The notes: generated from the sequence alone by a model not told the origin. Positions 24,835-37,487 are shown, counted from the first letter of the stretch. The stretch: 64,000 nucleotides of DNA from Octopus sinensis (GCF_006345805.1 NC_042998.1:199082001-199146000); one strand, 5' to 3'. Program-made: numbers and translations.

Positions 24835-25451
24835 CACATATATATATTTCCACAGATAAATATATCGTTTTATTTTTGTAAATACAACAGATGTGTGTGT
24901 GTGTGTGTGTGTGTCTGTGTCTGTGTGTATGTGTGTGTGTGTGTATATCTGTGTGTGAGTGTGTGTGTGAACCACATACAGCTTCCGAGAAATGTCAACC
25001 AATCCACTATAGTATTTCACGTTACGATGCAAACCAGTGCTGTCGTAATTTTCCAGAAATACTCACTTTCGGCAAACAAATTACAAAAAAAAGGAAACAA
25101 AGTGAAGCAGATGACGAAATACTAAGACATCAGACGATGTTGTCATTCTTGACATTATTCTCGTCGTTGTTGACCACATCATTGCCGTCGTTGTGGTTGA
25201 CGCCGTTGTTATATTTAGTTTATTGCGTGTATTTTTATAATGGTAGTGGAACTTCATTTCCGTTGTTGTTCTTGTTGTTGCGGTTGTTGTTAGTGATTTT
25301 GGCGACGGTTATTGATGTTGTTGTTTGGAAGATTTGTAAGGTCCTCGAAAAAAAAACCTGCTTTGCAGTATTTGTTCTGAGTTTTAAATCATTCCAGGTT
25401 CGATTAAATAAAGCATTAATCAGGTGCTGGATTAGATACTAGATTATTAGA

Positions 25452-26607
25452 AGGTGGCGAGCTGGCAGAAACGTTAGCACGCCGGGCGAAATGCTTTGCG
25501 GCATTTCGTCTGCCGTTACGTTCTGAGTTCAAATTCCGCCGAGGTCGACTTTGCCTTTCATCCTTTCGGGGTCGATAGAATAAGTACCAGTTACGCACTG
25601 GGGTCGATATAATCGGCTTAATCCGTCTGTCTGTCCTTGTTTGTCTCCTCTGTGTTTAGCCCCTTGTGGGTAGTAAAGAAATAGGTATTTCGTCTGCCGT
25701 TACGTTCTGAGTTCAAATTCCGCCGAGGTCGACTTTGCCTTTCATCCTTTCGGGGTCGATTAAATAAGTACCAGTTACGCACTGGGGTCGATATAATCGG
25801 CTTAATCCGTCTGTCTGTCCTTGTTTGTCTCCTCTGTGTTTAGCCCCTTGTGGGTAGTAAAGAAATAGGTATTTCGTCTGCCGTTACGTTCTGAGTTCAA
25901 ATTCCGCCGAGGTCGACTTTGCCTTTCATCCTTTCGGGGTCGATTAAATAAGTACCAGTTACGCACTGGGGTCGATATAATCGGCTTAATCCGTCTGTCT
26001 GTCTTGTTTGTCTCCTCTGTGTTTAGCCCCTTGTGGTAGTAAAGAATAGGTATTTCGTCTGCCGTTACGTTCTGAGTTCAAATTCCGCGAGGTCGACTTT
26101 GCCTTTCATCATCCTTTCGGGGTCGATAAATTAAGTACCAGTTACGCACTGGGGTCGATATAATCGCTTAATCCGTCTGTCTGTCCTTGTTTGTCCTCTC
26201 TGTGTTTAGCCCCTTGTGGTAGTAAAGAAATAGGTATTTCGTCTGCTGTTACGTTCTGAGTTCAAATTCCGCCGAGGTCGACTTTGCCTTTCATCCTTTC
26301 GGGGTCGATAAATAAGTACCAGTTACGCACTGGGGTCGATATAATCGGCTTAATCCGTCTGTCTGTCCTTGTTTGTCTCCTCTGTGTTTAGCCCCTTGTG
26401 GGTAGTAAAGAAATAGGTATTTCGTCTGCCGTTACGTTCTGAGTTCAAATTCCGCCGAGGTCGACTTTGCCTTTCATCCTTTCGGGGTCGATTAAATAAG
26501 TACCAGTTACGCACTGGGTTCGATATAACCGACATAATCCGTTTGTCTGTCTGTCCTTGTTTGTCCTCTCTGTGTTTAGCCCCTTGCGGGTACTAAAGAA
26601 ATAGGTG
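25452..26607 (+). mobile_element. SINE-A array: one head plus six ~184-bp body units
   Basis: Units joined at aaagaaatag|gtatttcgtctg; flanked by 18-bp aggtgctggattagatac (25422-25439, 26603-26620). Confidence 0.92.
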
Positions 26608-26739
26608 CTGGATTAGATACAGTCCTCTGTTAATTTCTTCAAACATTTGAAACTTGGGCGTCCACCTTTACGTTCTGAATTCTGGCCATGTTCCAAAATT
26701 TGAAATCATTATTATTATCATTGTTATTATTATTATTGA

Positions 26740-27290
26740 GTGAGAGAGCAGTGCATACCATCAAAGTGACACTGGGGTAAAATATACGAAGCCCAGCATA
26801 CCCATCATGACTACCCGTCTGATAAAGGTACACCAGGCACATGCATCACAACCATATGTGCGCGACATGGTGATCTCATATCAAGATAAACAGCACATGA
26901 CCTTGCAGGTGGGGCCCAGTTAGAATTTTCTTCAGGTCGAGTAGCCCATCCTGCTCAAAAGGTCCCTGAATAAGGGTTGCTTTAGGATGTTGAACGAAAC
27001 ACCCATGTTTCCAGAGGTGAATTATTCAAACTCCAAAGAATCCCTCTCAACACATGGCTATGATGCTCCCCCACTACTTCTGCTCGTGATCAGAGATCAC
27101 GTATTGTCAGCACTAAGGGACATGCTCAACTGGTTATGGTCAAACAACTGACAAGCAAATCTGTGGTATTGAGCAGAATATTTGCTGTAGCCCATCTTTT
27201 ATACCAAGACCAAAACAATGTACATGATGACACTTCCAATCAGTTAAGATCAGAAGCCATGAGAGCCACTGCCTGGTACTGCATCAGGGC

Positions 27291-27292
<2 letters not shown>
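26740..27292. mobile_element. ~550-bp unclassified element bounded on both sides by (TTA)n
   Basis: Complex non-coding block between two (TTA)n tracts, directly after the tail of the RLE LINE fragment; only one copy in the window. Confidence 0.45.
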
Positions 27293-27293
<1 letters not shown>

Positions 27294-27339
<46 letters not shown>

Positions 27340-27723
27340 TGGTCTTATTTTTATCAGGTGCTTTCACTGCACTACCGAGCGCAGCTCTGGGCACCTTGGG
27401 TATATGCTGTATTGAATGTGTTTTACGTAGGATGTGTGCGGTACCTAGTAGTGCTATTTTCTGTTTGTTATATATACTTCTAAGTCCTGGTTTTTTGTTA
27501 TGTATTTGTTTGAATGTTTGTTTTTTTACCATACCTAATGTACCTACTATAATAGGAATTGTTTCTGTTTTTAGGCTCCACACAAATGTTACCTCTATTT
27601 CCAGATCTTTGTATTTTGAAAGTGTTCCCATTTCTTTTAGATAAATTTATCCTCTGTTGGTATTGATACGTCGATTGGTTTTCTTGATAATCTCTGACAA
27701 CTATATCCGGCCTATTGGCCTTA

Positions 27724-27761
<38 letters not shown>

Positions 27762-28139
27762 CACCTCTCCAATCTCTCTCTCCTCCTCTCTCTCTCTCTC
27801 TCTCTCTCTGTATTGACATGGTTGCTTTCTCATTGATGTGACCTTTTCTGGGTGTGCCAATACCATCTTTTTTCTGATGTTATTCCACAGTGCTGACATA
27901 GCTCCCAGAGTATACAGGTCCCAACTTTGTAGTGTCTGTGAATATATTCCTTCTTAGCCAGGACTGGGCAGCCAGAAATAATATGATTTATTGTTTCTTG
28001 TCCATCTCCACATATTCTGCAGTTACTTGTATTTGTTTTCATTACGTGTTTTGGGTGGTTTCTGGTGGGTGTGCTTTGATCTTGTGCTGCAATTAAAAAT
28101 CCTTCAGTCCCTGTTTAGAGTCCTGAGCTTCTCAGCCAT
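27294..28139 (-). mobile_element. R4/Dong-type RLE LINE, 5'-truncated, with (TAA)n tail
   Basis: WLRSSGL..TEGFLIAAQDQ, CRICGDGQETINHIISGCPVLA (CCHC), ANRPDIVV, KYKDLEIE, IPIIVGTLG, LGTAHILRK; tail (TAA)n. Confidence 0.85.
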
Positions 28140-28318
28140 TGTTGATGTTGGTGTGTTTACGTCCCCTTAACTTAGCGGTTCGACAAAAGAGACCGATAGA
28201 ATAAGTACTAGACTTACATAGAATAAGTCCTGGGTCGATTTGTTCGACTAAAAGGCGGTGCTCCAGCATGGCTGCAGTGAAATGACTGAAACAAATAAAA
28301 AGATAAAAGAATATAAAT
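28140..28318 (+). mobile_element. SINE-B 3' half
   Basis: gtgtttacgtcccc..ttagcggttcg...gactgaaacaaataaaa. Confidence 0.8.
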
Positions 28319-28363
28319 ATACAAACGTGCATACATCATACATACATACATATATATATATAG

Positions 28364-28404
<41 letters not shown>

Positions 28405-28471
28405 TATATATAATTATATATATATATATAATATATTATGCAGAATATATAATATATATATTATATATAAT

Positions 28472-28505
<34 letters not shown>

Positions 28506-28621
28506 ATATATATGCATATATATATATGCAATATATATATATGCATATAATATATAATATATATATATATATAATATATATAATATATATATTATATAAT
28601 ATCTATATATATATATACATA

Positions 28622-28679
<58 letters not shown>

Positions 28680-28779
28680 AATCAATCTGAATTCATAATA
28701 CAAAAAAAAAGAAAATAATAAAAGAAAATAACAAATTTACCTTTTTTATGAAGGTAAATCTATCACACGTTGAAGGAAA

Positions 28780-29160
28780 TTACGTTAGAGCTTTTGGGTA
28801 AATAACATTCTTTGGATTCTGGTTTGGAGTATGGACAAATAAGTCTTGCAAACTACCAGCCCTGGAGCAACCAGCATAAAGCTGACCATGAGAAAAGCAA
28901 ACCTTAATTAAGTGCAAGCCAGTAGATTTCAAAGTCTGACCTTCAGCTTTATTAATAGACATTGCGAAGCAAAGTTGCACTGGGAATTGTGTTCGTTTGA
29001 ACTCAAATAGCATGTCTGTTGGTTTGATTGGAATTCTTAGAATGAAAACCTCTTCCCCAGGGGCACATCTAGCGGTGATAATAGCTTCTATCACATTAGG
29101 TGATAATGTCTTCACAATCAACTTTGTATCATTGCATAATTTAGGAGGATCTAAGAAGTG
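28780..29160 (-). pseudogene. Helitron PIF1-like helicase C-terminal relic
   Basis: LCNDTKL, GEEVFILRIP, FKRTQFPVQLCFAMSINKAEGQTL, FSHGQLYAGCSR, KNVIYPKAL. Confidence 0.88.
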
Positions 29161-29250
29161 GCACTCTCTCTCTCTCTCTCCCTCTCTCACAAAAAAGGTG
29201 TCTGCATATTTATGTATGTGGGTATTTATGACAACACACCACTTCACTCG

Positions 29251-29281
<31 letters not shown>

Positions 29282-29313
29282 GTCCATTTCATCTGATGTT
29301 TGATACTGTTTTT

Positions 29314-29365
<52 letters not shown>

Positions 29366-29499
29366 ACGTACGTTCAGCGTCCAACAACCGCTATTTATTT
29401 AAATGAAAATATTCCCATAACTCATTTTCCCATTTAATCCCCATTTTAATTTTCAAAAAAAGTTTCCGAAGATTTAGATGATCAGTATTCTACAGTGAA

Positions 29500-29895
29500 G
29501 CAAAGACGAGTACCGGCTGCCAGAGTCAATGTTGACTTCTGCAACTCTGTTAATTCTATTAAGTATGTTTGCAAATATATAAACAAAGGTTTAGATGCTG
29601 CAACATACACTCCTATGCTGAATGGCAATCAGCAGATAAATAAAAATGACGAATTCGCGCAATATGACAGAGGAAAATACATCAGTACCAATGTGGCTTT
29701 TTGGTGCATCTTTGGTTTTTGCATTCATGAGAGGCACCCAACCATCATTCCTCTGAGTGTCCATCTAGGGAATGGCCACAGGGTTGTCTTTACAAAACAA
29801 ACAGCCTTGCAACAAGCACTTTCTCCAAAAGAAACTACCCTTATTGCCTTTTTTAAGTTGTGTCAAGATGATGATGCAAGTAAACTCCTTTATCC
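29500..29895 (+). pseudogene. Helitron Rep-Hel internal fragment (downstream of the Rep motifs)
   Basis: NVDFCNSVNSIKYVCKYINKG.D, KYIST..AFW.IFGF.IHERHP..LSVHL, TTLIAFFKLC. Confidence 0.85.
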
Positions 29896-29896
29896 A

Positions 29897-30300
29897 TAAC
29901 TAGCAGTATCGCCCGGCGTTGCTCGGGTTTGTAAGGGAAATAATTATATAGGCATTTTTAGAGAGTTATAGCCAAAAAATAGCAAAAAAAATGCATTAAA
30001 AATGGAAAAAAAATTATGGTAAATTTATTTTTTAATCGTTGACTCATCGTAGACATTTTTAGAGAGTTACTTCCCTTATATAATAGCGAAAAATGCATTA
30101 AAATGAAAAAAAATGATGGTAAATTTTTTTTTAAATCGTAGACTCATCGTAGACGCGCGCTAATACCCAGAAGGGCTCGATATGAATCACGACTATAAGA
30201 TACCTGGTTTTGGTTAAACTGCACCGCAAAATGTGGGAGTAGTTAGGAATCTAAATCGTAGGAGACAGACACACAACTTCACTTTTATATATAAAGATTA
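29897..30300 (+). mobile_element. Non-autonomous Helentron-associated (HINE/DINE-1-like) element
   Basis: 5' actagc..cccggcgttgctcggg hairpin, internal ~100-bp tandem duplication, 3' cagacacac...ttttatatataaagat. Confidence 0.6.
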
Positions 30301-30706
30301 CCCAGGTATTACACCTAGAGAAACAATAAATGGCACAAGAAGAACCGTGGGGATGACGCTCTTGCAAGAGTTTACAGTATATAGGCGTAGGAGTGGCTGT
30401 GTGATAAGTAGCTTGCTTACGAAATGGACGTGTATGTGTGAGAGAGAGAGAAAGAGAGAGCGAGTGAAGGTGTGTGTTGTCATAAATACGCACATACATA
30501 AATATGCATACACATTTTTAGTATGTATGTGTACGTGTGTGTGTGTGAGAGAGAGAGAGAGAGTGAGTGCCACATAGACATCACTCTCTCTTTCACACAC
30601 ACACATACATACGCGCTCGCGCATGCACGTACACACGCAGACTTACAAAAAAGATGTATGCATATGTATTTATGTATGAACGTATACATGACAACACACC
30701 CCTTCA

Positions 30707-30738
<32 letters not shown>

Positions 30739-31427
30739 AACACACACACATATATAAATGTATACAAACGTACATACAAAAACACACGTGTGCGTATGTG
30801 ACTGATTACACAGAACTGAACACGGCGCGCAAAAAGTAAATAAGTCAAAGCTTTTTAGGGAAATTAACAAAGTGTGCGAGGTCAAGCGAAATGTGTGAAC
30901 TTAGTAAATATTTCTTTCAGTAATTTATCGTAGATGTTTGCAAATTAGCGAATTAAAACTTGAAATGAAAGCATTAAAATACAGAGAGAGAGTTTTCGCA
31001 AATGAAAACGGAAAATTTTGCCGTTGTTAACTCAATACCGGAAGTTGACATTGAGAAACCTTTTTAAAGAAGTGAATCATATATATATAAAGCAATATTA
31101 TTTATTTAAATAAAAAAAATATACACTGAAGGGCCTATTATGTATACGAGGTCAAATTATTCATGCATTCCAAGTATGGATGCAATCTCCTTGCAGCCGT
31201 TTTCGCGTGAAAAGCAAACACACACACTCACACAGTTCTATTTTATATAATATATATATACATACATTCATACATGCATGCATATACATGAATTAAAATA
31301 TACAGATCCACACATTCATTGAGTAGAGGTCCTTGCTTTTACATATACATATGTAATACACAGATGCATACGTACATACATACATATTACATATACATAT
31401 ATATATATATATACGTAGGTACATATA

Positions 31428-31465
<38 letters not shown>

Positions 31466-31466
<1 letters not shown>

Positions 31467-31583
31467 CGTGGTTACCGTGACCGACCAGGTCATCAGATGT
31501 TGCTACACATCGCTGGTCAGAATGCGCTTCGCATTGTTTTAACCTTCAAATGACGCCACCCTGCTGGCTAAGTAAGCAGGCCA
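31466..31583 (-). mobile_element. 5'-truncated SINE, tail type E
   Basis: Reverse complement of 10800-10915. Confidence 0.8.
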
Positions 31584-32067
31584 ATATATATATATATACT
31601 TATATATGACTATCTAGCTAACGTTGTTTAATTGCCAACGAAAGAACCTTGAGTAGAAGTATGTTTCTTGGTAGATGTCTTCTGGCTTGATTTTGATGAA
31701 GGACGTATATATGTACATAAAACATACATAAACCAAATATACACAAACTGACTTAGTATGTAAACAGAAACCAACATTAAAAAGCCGTTAGAAAGAACAT
31801 TAATTTTTAAAAGAGGACAAAAAAAAACCTTTCTCTCTTTTTAAAACGAAATGCATAAATAAAAACATTTCTCATCACGTTTGACTACACCAATGGACAA
31901 GACTAGTGCCGCCTGAAGGATCGTTTATAAATCAGTGGCATCACATGTTACGGCCACGTGATCCAAATGACAGTTTACCCACTACCACAAACAGGAAATC
32001 TACGCATTTATTTTTATGTCATATTTTAAAACATTAGTTTGTTCTTCTTTTTTTTTTTTTGATATTT

Positions 32068-32476
32068 GCTCTTTTACTTGTTTCAGTCATTTGACTGCGG
32101 CCATGCTGGAGCACCGCTTTTAGTCGAGCAAATCGACCCCGGGACTTATTCTTTTTGTAAGCCCAGTACTTATTCTATCGGTCTCTTTTGCCGAACCGCT
32201 AAGTGACGGGGACGTAAACACACCAGCATCGGTTGTCAAGCAATGCTAGGGGGACAAACACAGACACACAAACATATACACACACACACACTTATATATA
32301 TATACATATATACGACAGGCTTCTTTCAGTTTCCGTCTACCAAATCCACTCACAAGGCATTGGTCGGCCCGGGGCTATAGCAGAAGACACTTGCCCAAGA
32401 TGCCACGCAGTGGGACTGAACCCGCAACCATGTGGTTGGTTAGCAAGCTACTTACCACACAGCCACTCCTGCGCCT
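32068..32476 (-). mobile_element. SINE-B, full length
   Basis: Head cactcctgcgcct and tail ctcttttacttgtttcagtc on the plus strand. Confidence 0.9.
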
Positions 32477-32870
32477 ATACATTTATTTATATATTCAAAC
32501 AGATTTAAGATCTCAGACAAACATGCGCGAGCGCCGGCCATAACTTCGTTTTTTCTTGGGGATATGTCCATATATAAATGTGCGTGGGGGGGGGAGAATC
32601 GATGTAATCCGATAATTATGTTAGTCCAAACTATTGATTGGATATCGATAAACAGTTGCAAACAAGATCGTCGAAATTGACATTAATTACAAGGCTGAAA
32701 GACGCATTGACCAAAGATTGCAGAAGTACAAATCTTTCTGCCATTGCTAATTCAAAACATCCATATTTTTAAATCTAATAAATATATATATATGATTCCA
32801 AGGTATTAATTTAAAACTGAGGCTAGGTGAACAACACGGGTTGTGCGGTTGTAGTCTAAACGGCCGACAA

Positions 32871-33176
32871 TGGAGGCACATGGCCTAGTGGTTAGAGCAG
32901 CGGACTCGCGGTCGAGGGATCGCGGGTTCGAATCTCAGACCGGGCGATGTGTGCGTTTATGAGCGAAACACCTAAACTCCACGCGAAGGTAATGGCGAAC
33001 TTCTGCTGATTCTTTCGCCACAACTTTCTCTCACTCTTTCCTCCTGCATCTTGCAGCTCACCTGCGACGGACCGGCGTCCCGTCCAGGTGGGCTGCAAGA
33101 TGCAGGAGGAACCTAATACGCCAAGGAAACCTGGAAACCGACCCTTATGCATGGCTCAAGAAGGAACAAACAACAA
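32871..33176 (+). mobile_element. SINE, head C with tail type F
   Basis: C head, then ctgcgacggaccggcgtcccgtccagg...gaaggaacaaacaac; imperfect TSD aaa(c/t)gg(c/g)cgaca. Confidence 0.8.
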
Positions 33177-33438
33177 AAATGGGCGACAGAGGTTAAGTAC
33201 CCTGCCTTTGGTGGTGGCGAGGGGCAGCCATCAAATCTAGTTTTACTCCCATGTAAAACTACTATCGCTAATGTGTTACACTGCTGAACGACCACCGAGT
33301 AACTCGCGACTGTACCCCAATCTGTCATGTGATATGTTAAATGCAATGCGATATCCCTTGATACACTATACGGAAGCTTACAACCATACTGGCGCCAGCT
33401 CCTTTCCAGCATTCTGTCCGAGCATGTAGGCCTAAGAC

Positions 33439-33788
33439 CGTGATTTTTGTTGTGACCTCCTTCGGTCAGACACTGACCATGGGCTTACACCTAGAGAGTT
33501 ACCCTCTGAGGCACAAGTCTGGGCAAGGTTGTTTTATGGAAGACCAGCAGTCGCCCATGCATACCGGCCTCCTCTCTCCACGTCACCCGTGTTATCCAAG
33601 GGAAAGGCAAAGGCCGATATAGCTTGACACCTGTGATGTCGCTACTCATTTCTACAGCTGAGTGATCTGGAGCAACGTGAAATAAAGCGTCTTGCTCAAG
33701 AACACACACGCAGCCCGGTCCGGGATTCGAGCTCACAACCTCACGATCGTAAGCTCGACGCTCTAACCCCTGAGCCACGCGCCTTCAC
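33439..33788 (-). mobile_element. SINE, head D with tail type H
   Basis: D head and central domain as at 3763, unrelated 3' half; TSD aggccta(a/t)gac (33428-33438, 33789-33799). Confidence 0.8.
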
Positions 33789-34088
33789 AGGCCTATGACT
33801 ACAGAACAAGAATTATGTCACTTCCACAGCATTACTACCACTTGACCTGAGGTGAGCAATAGCGATCTAACATCTACACGTATCTAGAAGCCATCTTAAA
33901 TTTGTTTCAAAGCCCGTTACTCTTCTCTAGGCATCTGATGTGATGGGTTCGTCCAACATCCCACGAACCCTTAAGTCATATGGAGCTGAGTCAAACCGTT
34001 ATTTAAAAATACATGTAACTGTACCAGATGTGTTGAGTGCCATTTTTTTTTCATTTATCCACTCTTTGGTGTATGTCTATTTATATAT

Positions 34089-34842
34089 GTGTGGTTGTGT
34101 GGTAAGAAACTTGCTTCCCAACCATATGATTCCGGGTTCAGTCCCACTGCATGGCCCCTTGGGTAAGTGTCTTCTATTATAGCTTCAGGTAGATCAAAGC
34201 CTTGTGAGTGGATTTGGTTGACGGAAACTGAAAGAAGCCCGTCATATATATATAATCAGAAAATGGAGAAAACTTTTGATTAACAATCAAACAAATTAAA
34301 CCACATTGGCTGGTTATTTTTTAATACAAAACATGACATAACATTTCTTACGGCCGTTTCCGCTTCCAGTGTTAGTCGGTGTTTGCGAAAGAAATTCCGA
34401 AAATAATATTCATCTTCATAGCGCATTCGATTTAGTACATGGAGCTTTGTCAGAGTGAACACAAATGCGTAAAATAAAAGAAGTGAGAATATGATGTGGG
34501 AATGGGAAAGAACAGGGCCTCGAGAAGAGGCCAGAAGGCTCAAAATATTAAAATCATACCATCTTGCAGCGTAGAGCTTGAAGTCGATAAGCAAAAGAAT
34601 CTTACCTCTGGTATGTGTGTGTGTGTGTGTTTGTGCCTGTGTCTCTCTATCATCACTCGACAGCCAGTGTTGGTGTGTTTACGTCCCGTGACGTAGCGGT
34701 TCGGCAAAAGAAACCGATACAATTAGTACTAGGCTTACAAAGAATAAGTCCTGGTGTCGATTCCTTCGATTAAACCCTTTAAGATGGTGCTCCAGCATGG
34801 TCGCAGTCAAATGACTGAAACAAGTAAAAGAATAAAGGAATA
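34089..34842 (+). mobile_element. SINE-B interrupted by a ~360-bp insertion (34255-34612) in its internal microsatellite
   Basis: 5' half 34089-34255, 3' half 34612-34842. Confidence 0.75.
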
Positions 34843-34899
34843 CGCATATATATATATGTATACATATATATATATGTATATACATATATATATATATAT

Positions 34900-34954
<55 letters not shown>

Positions 34955-34986
34955 ATATATATATACATATATATATATGTATATAC

Positions 34987-35065
<79 letters not shown>

Positions 35066-35264
35066 ATATATATATATATATACCCCTCAAGTCATACTTT
35101 ATCAAATTAAATAAAGAGTGTAGGTACCATCCCTAATATACAAAGAGTTGGAATGATCACATCTGGAGCACTTCTTGCCATAGGTCTGCTTGCTAAGATC
35201 TGACCTGTGGCTAAACAATAATAATGTTTCGCACACGTTTTAGATTTCATATCTCATTATCACT

Positions 35265-35298
<34 letters not shown>

Positions 35299-36210
35299 AC
35301 CTCTTTCTCTCTCTTTCTCTTTTTCTCTTCACCACATCTAAGTCACTTCTTACTGTCCTCTAATCTTTCAATCCTTTTTTCACCCTCTCTAACTTACTAT
35401 ATATCTCTGCCACGCATAGTCTCTCTCCCTCTCTCTCCGCTTTCATAATCTCTCCGTTTGTTCCTCTCGCTTTCTGTCACCCCCCACTCTCTCTCTCCCT
35501 CTCTCACTCTATCTCTCTCTACCTCTTTCTCTTTTATCATTTCCCTCCTCCCTATTTTCTTTATCATGCACATGCAGACGCATACACGCACAAACATTTG
35601 TATATATGTATGTGTGTGTGTGTGTGTATGTGTGTGTGTGTCTGTCTGTCTGTCTGTGTCTGTGTATGTGTGTGTGTGTGTGTTTGTGTGTGTTATCTTT
35701 CTTTCTCTCTCTCTCTCTCTCTCTCGCGTGCGCGCTCTCTCCCTGTGTCTCTCTGTCTCTCTGGCCATTATCTCCTAATGAAGCACCGAATCGAGTCAAT
35801 TAATTTTCACACAGCGGGCAGGTGTAGGGCCGGGAGGTACAGTAGGTGCAGATGGGTCGACAGTAGAAGCAGCAACCGGACTTGAAGTGCAAACGCAAGG
35901 TGCTGCAGGAAATGCAACATGAGAAGACATTTTGATATTTACAAAAGCTGCGGAGATGTTATGTCAGAAAGTTAACGCAGCTTGTCTAATTCAAGGATAG
36001 AAACGGACTCAGCCAAGCGGACATTTGCTGCTGTAACTAACTCGTGGCTATTCTTAACTACTGGCGATCACATTTTTAAACATGCTCGACACGGGGTATC
36101 TTCTGCTCGATCGAACGATCTCTTAGAAATAGCAAACACATCTCCCTCACGTTACTCCCTGATTATGTTTATTTTTAACTTTTTAAGGCAGGATACACAT
36201 TGGATGTGTA

Positions 36211-36680
36211 TTTCGTTTATGGATTTGGTTTGCGAGATTCTTTATATGAGTTCGTGTGTTGAAGCATATTCTGTTGTGTCTGGGGAGAGTCATTCTCTTT
36301 TAGTGCCTTATTATTTAACACACTCACCGGTAAAAATTTCCACTTATTTCTTTTTATTTTCTAAAATTTTTTCGTTGCGTCTTGCAACCTTTGAAAAGGT
36401 TGCAAGTGTGTTAAATAATAAGGCACTATTTCGGTTTGGGATTTGGTTTGCAAGATTCCTTATATGAGTCCGTGTGTTGAAGCATATTCTGTTGTGTCTG
36501 GGGAGAGTCATTCTCTTTTAGTGCCTTATTATTTAACACACTCACCGGTAAAAATTTCCACTTATTTCTTTTTAATTTTCTAAAATTTTTTCGTTGCGTC
36601 TTGAAACCTTTGAAAAGGTTGCAAGTGTGTTAAATAATAAGGCACTAAAAGAGAATGACTCTCCCCAGACACAACAGAAT
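36211..36680. repeat. 218-bp tandem duplication of a foldback/MITE-like palindrome
   Basis: Units 36211-36428 and 36429-36646; palindrome 36486-36680 with ~57-bp arms. Confidence 0.85.
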
Positions 36681-36779
36681 TGGATGTGTAGTCATAGATG
36701 TATCTTCAAAGACTTCTGGTACGCTTTTATAATTATTAGTTTGCTATGATCGGGATTCAACTACGTCTAAACATTAGCA

Positions 36780-37221
36780 ATAGTATGTTAATTTCAAATG
36801 TTGGCTCAAGGCCAGCAACTTCGGAAGAGGCGGGGTAAGTCGATTACATCGGCCCCAGTACTCATCTGGTATTTATTTTATCGACCCCGAAAGGATGAAA
36901 AGTAAAGCCGATTTCGGCGGAATTTGAACTCAGAACATGAAGACGAGCGAAATGCCGCTGAGCATTACGCCCTGCATGCTAACGTTTCTTATTTCTTTAT
37001 TGCCCACAAGGAGCTAAACATAGAGGGGAACAAACAAGGACAGACAAAGGGATTAAGTCGATTACATCGACCCCAGTGCGTTTCTGGTACTTAATTTATC
37101 GACCCCGAAAGGATGAAAAACAAAGTTGACCTCGGCGGAATTTGAACTCAGAGCGTAACGGCAGACGAAATACGGCTATGCATTTCGCCTGGCGTGCTAA
37201 CGGTTCTGCCAGCTCGCCGCC
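36780..37221 (-). mobile_element. Two adjacent SINE-A copies (older alternative-tail copy 36780-36990; monomer 36991-37221)
   Basis: Both have A head/body; tails differ. Confidence 0.8.
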
Positions 37222-37231
37222 TACTCGGGTC

Positions 37232-37487
37232 GTCGCTAGGATATCGTTAAAGCCGAACCAAACTGTAAAATTTTAAGACAAGGTCAATCTAAATTGATCA
37301 GAGCTCTGCCAAAAAAAGTCGCTTAAGGTAAACGTTGCCTGGGATCGATCTGTCAGGAATGATGCAGGTCTATGCAGTATGAATGATTCTATAGGCGGCA
37401 AACAACTTTTTGTATTTTTTTAATAGTTTTTAACATCTTTTTCAAAAATCTTTAACCTTGAAATAAAGAAACATATATCCTAGCGAC
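37232..37487. mobile_element. Possible MITE
   Basis: 13-bp perfect IR gtcgctaggatat / atatcctagcgac. Confidence 0.4.

Noticed and set aside
24290-25075. Strong isolated splice donors (ATG|GTAAGT at 24299 plus; GAAA|GTGAGT at ~25068 minus)
   Set aside because: No matching acceptor or coding exon could be built, and such motifs occur by chance in 64 kb.
25416-25598. Recurrent small ORFs MRNWYL...RPRKDERQSRPRRNLNSE and MSSNARG...IYDRLLSVSVYQIHSQG
   Set aside because: These are antisense or incidental frames of SINE-A and SINE-B, not genes.
25503-26607. Regularly spaced repeats resembling a CRISPR array
   Set aside because: The units are contiguous ~184-bp SINE bodies without unique spacers, in a eukaryotic context with no cas genes.
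34515-34550. ctcgagaagaggccagaaggctcaaaatatt resembling a hammerhead
   Set aside because: The core and GAAA both deviate and there is no convincing stem I.
35982-36467. 161-aa plus-strand ORF
   Set aside because: Its second half runs through the palindromic repeat, it has no recognisable motif, and it uses a non-ATG start.
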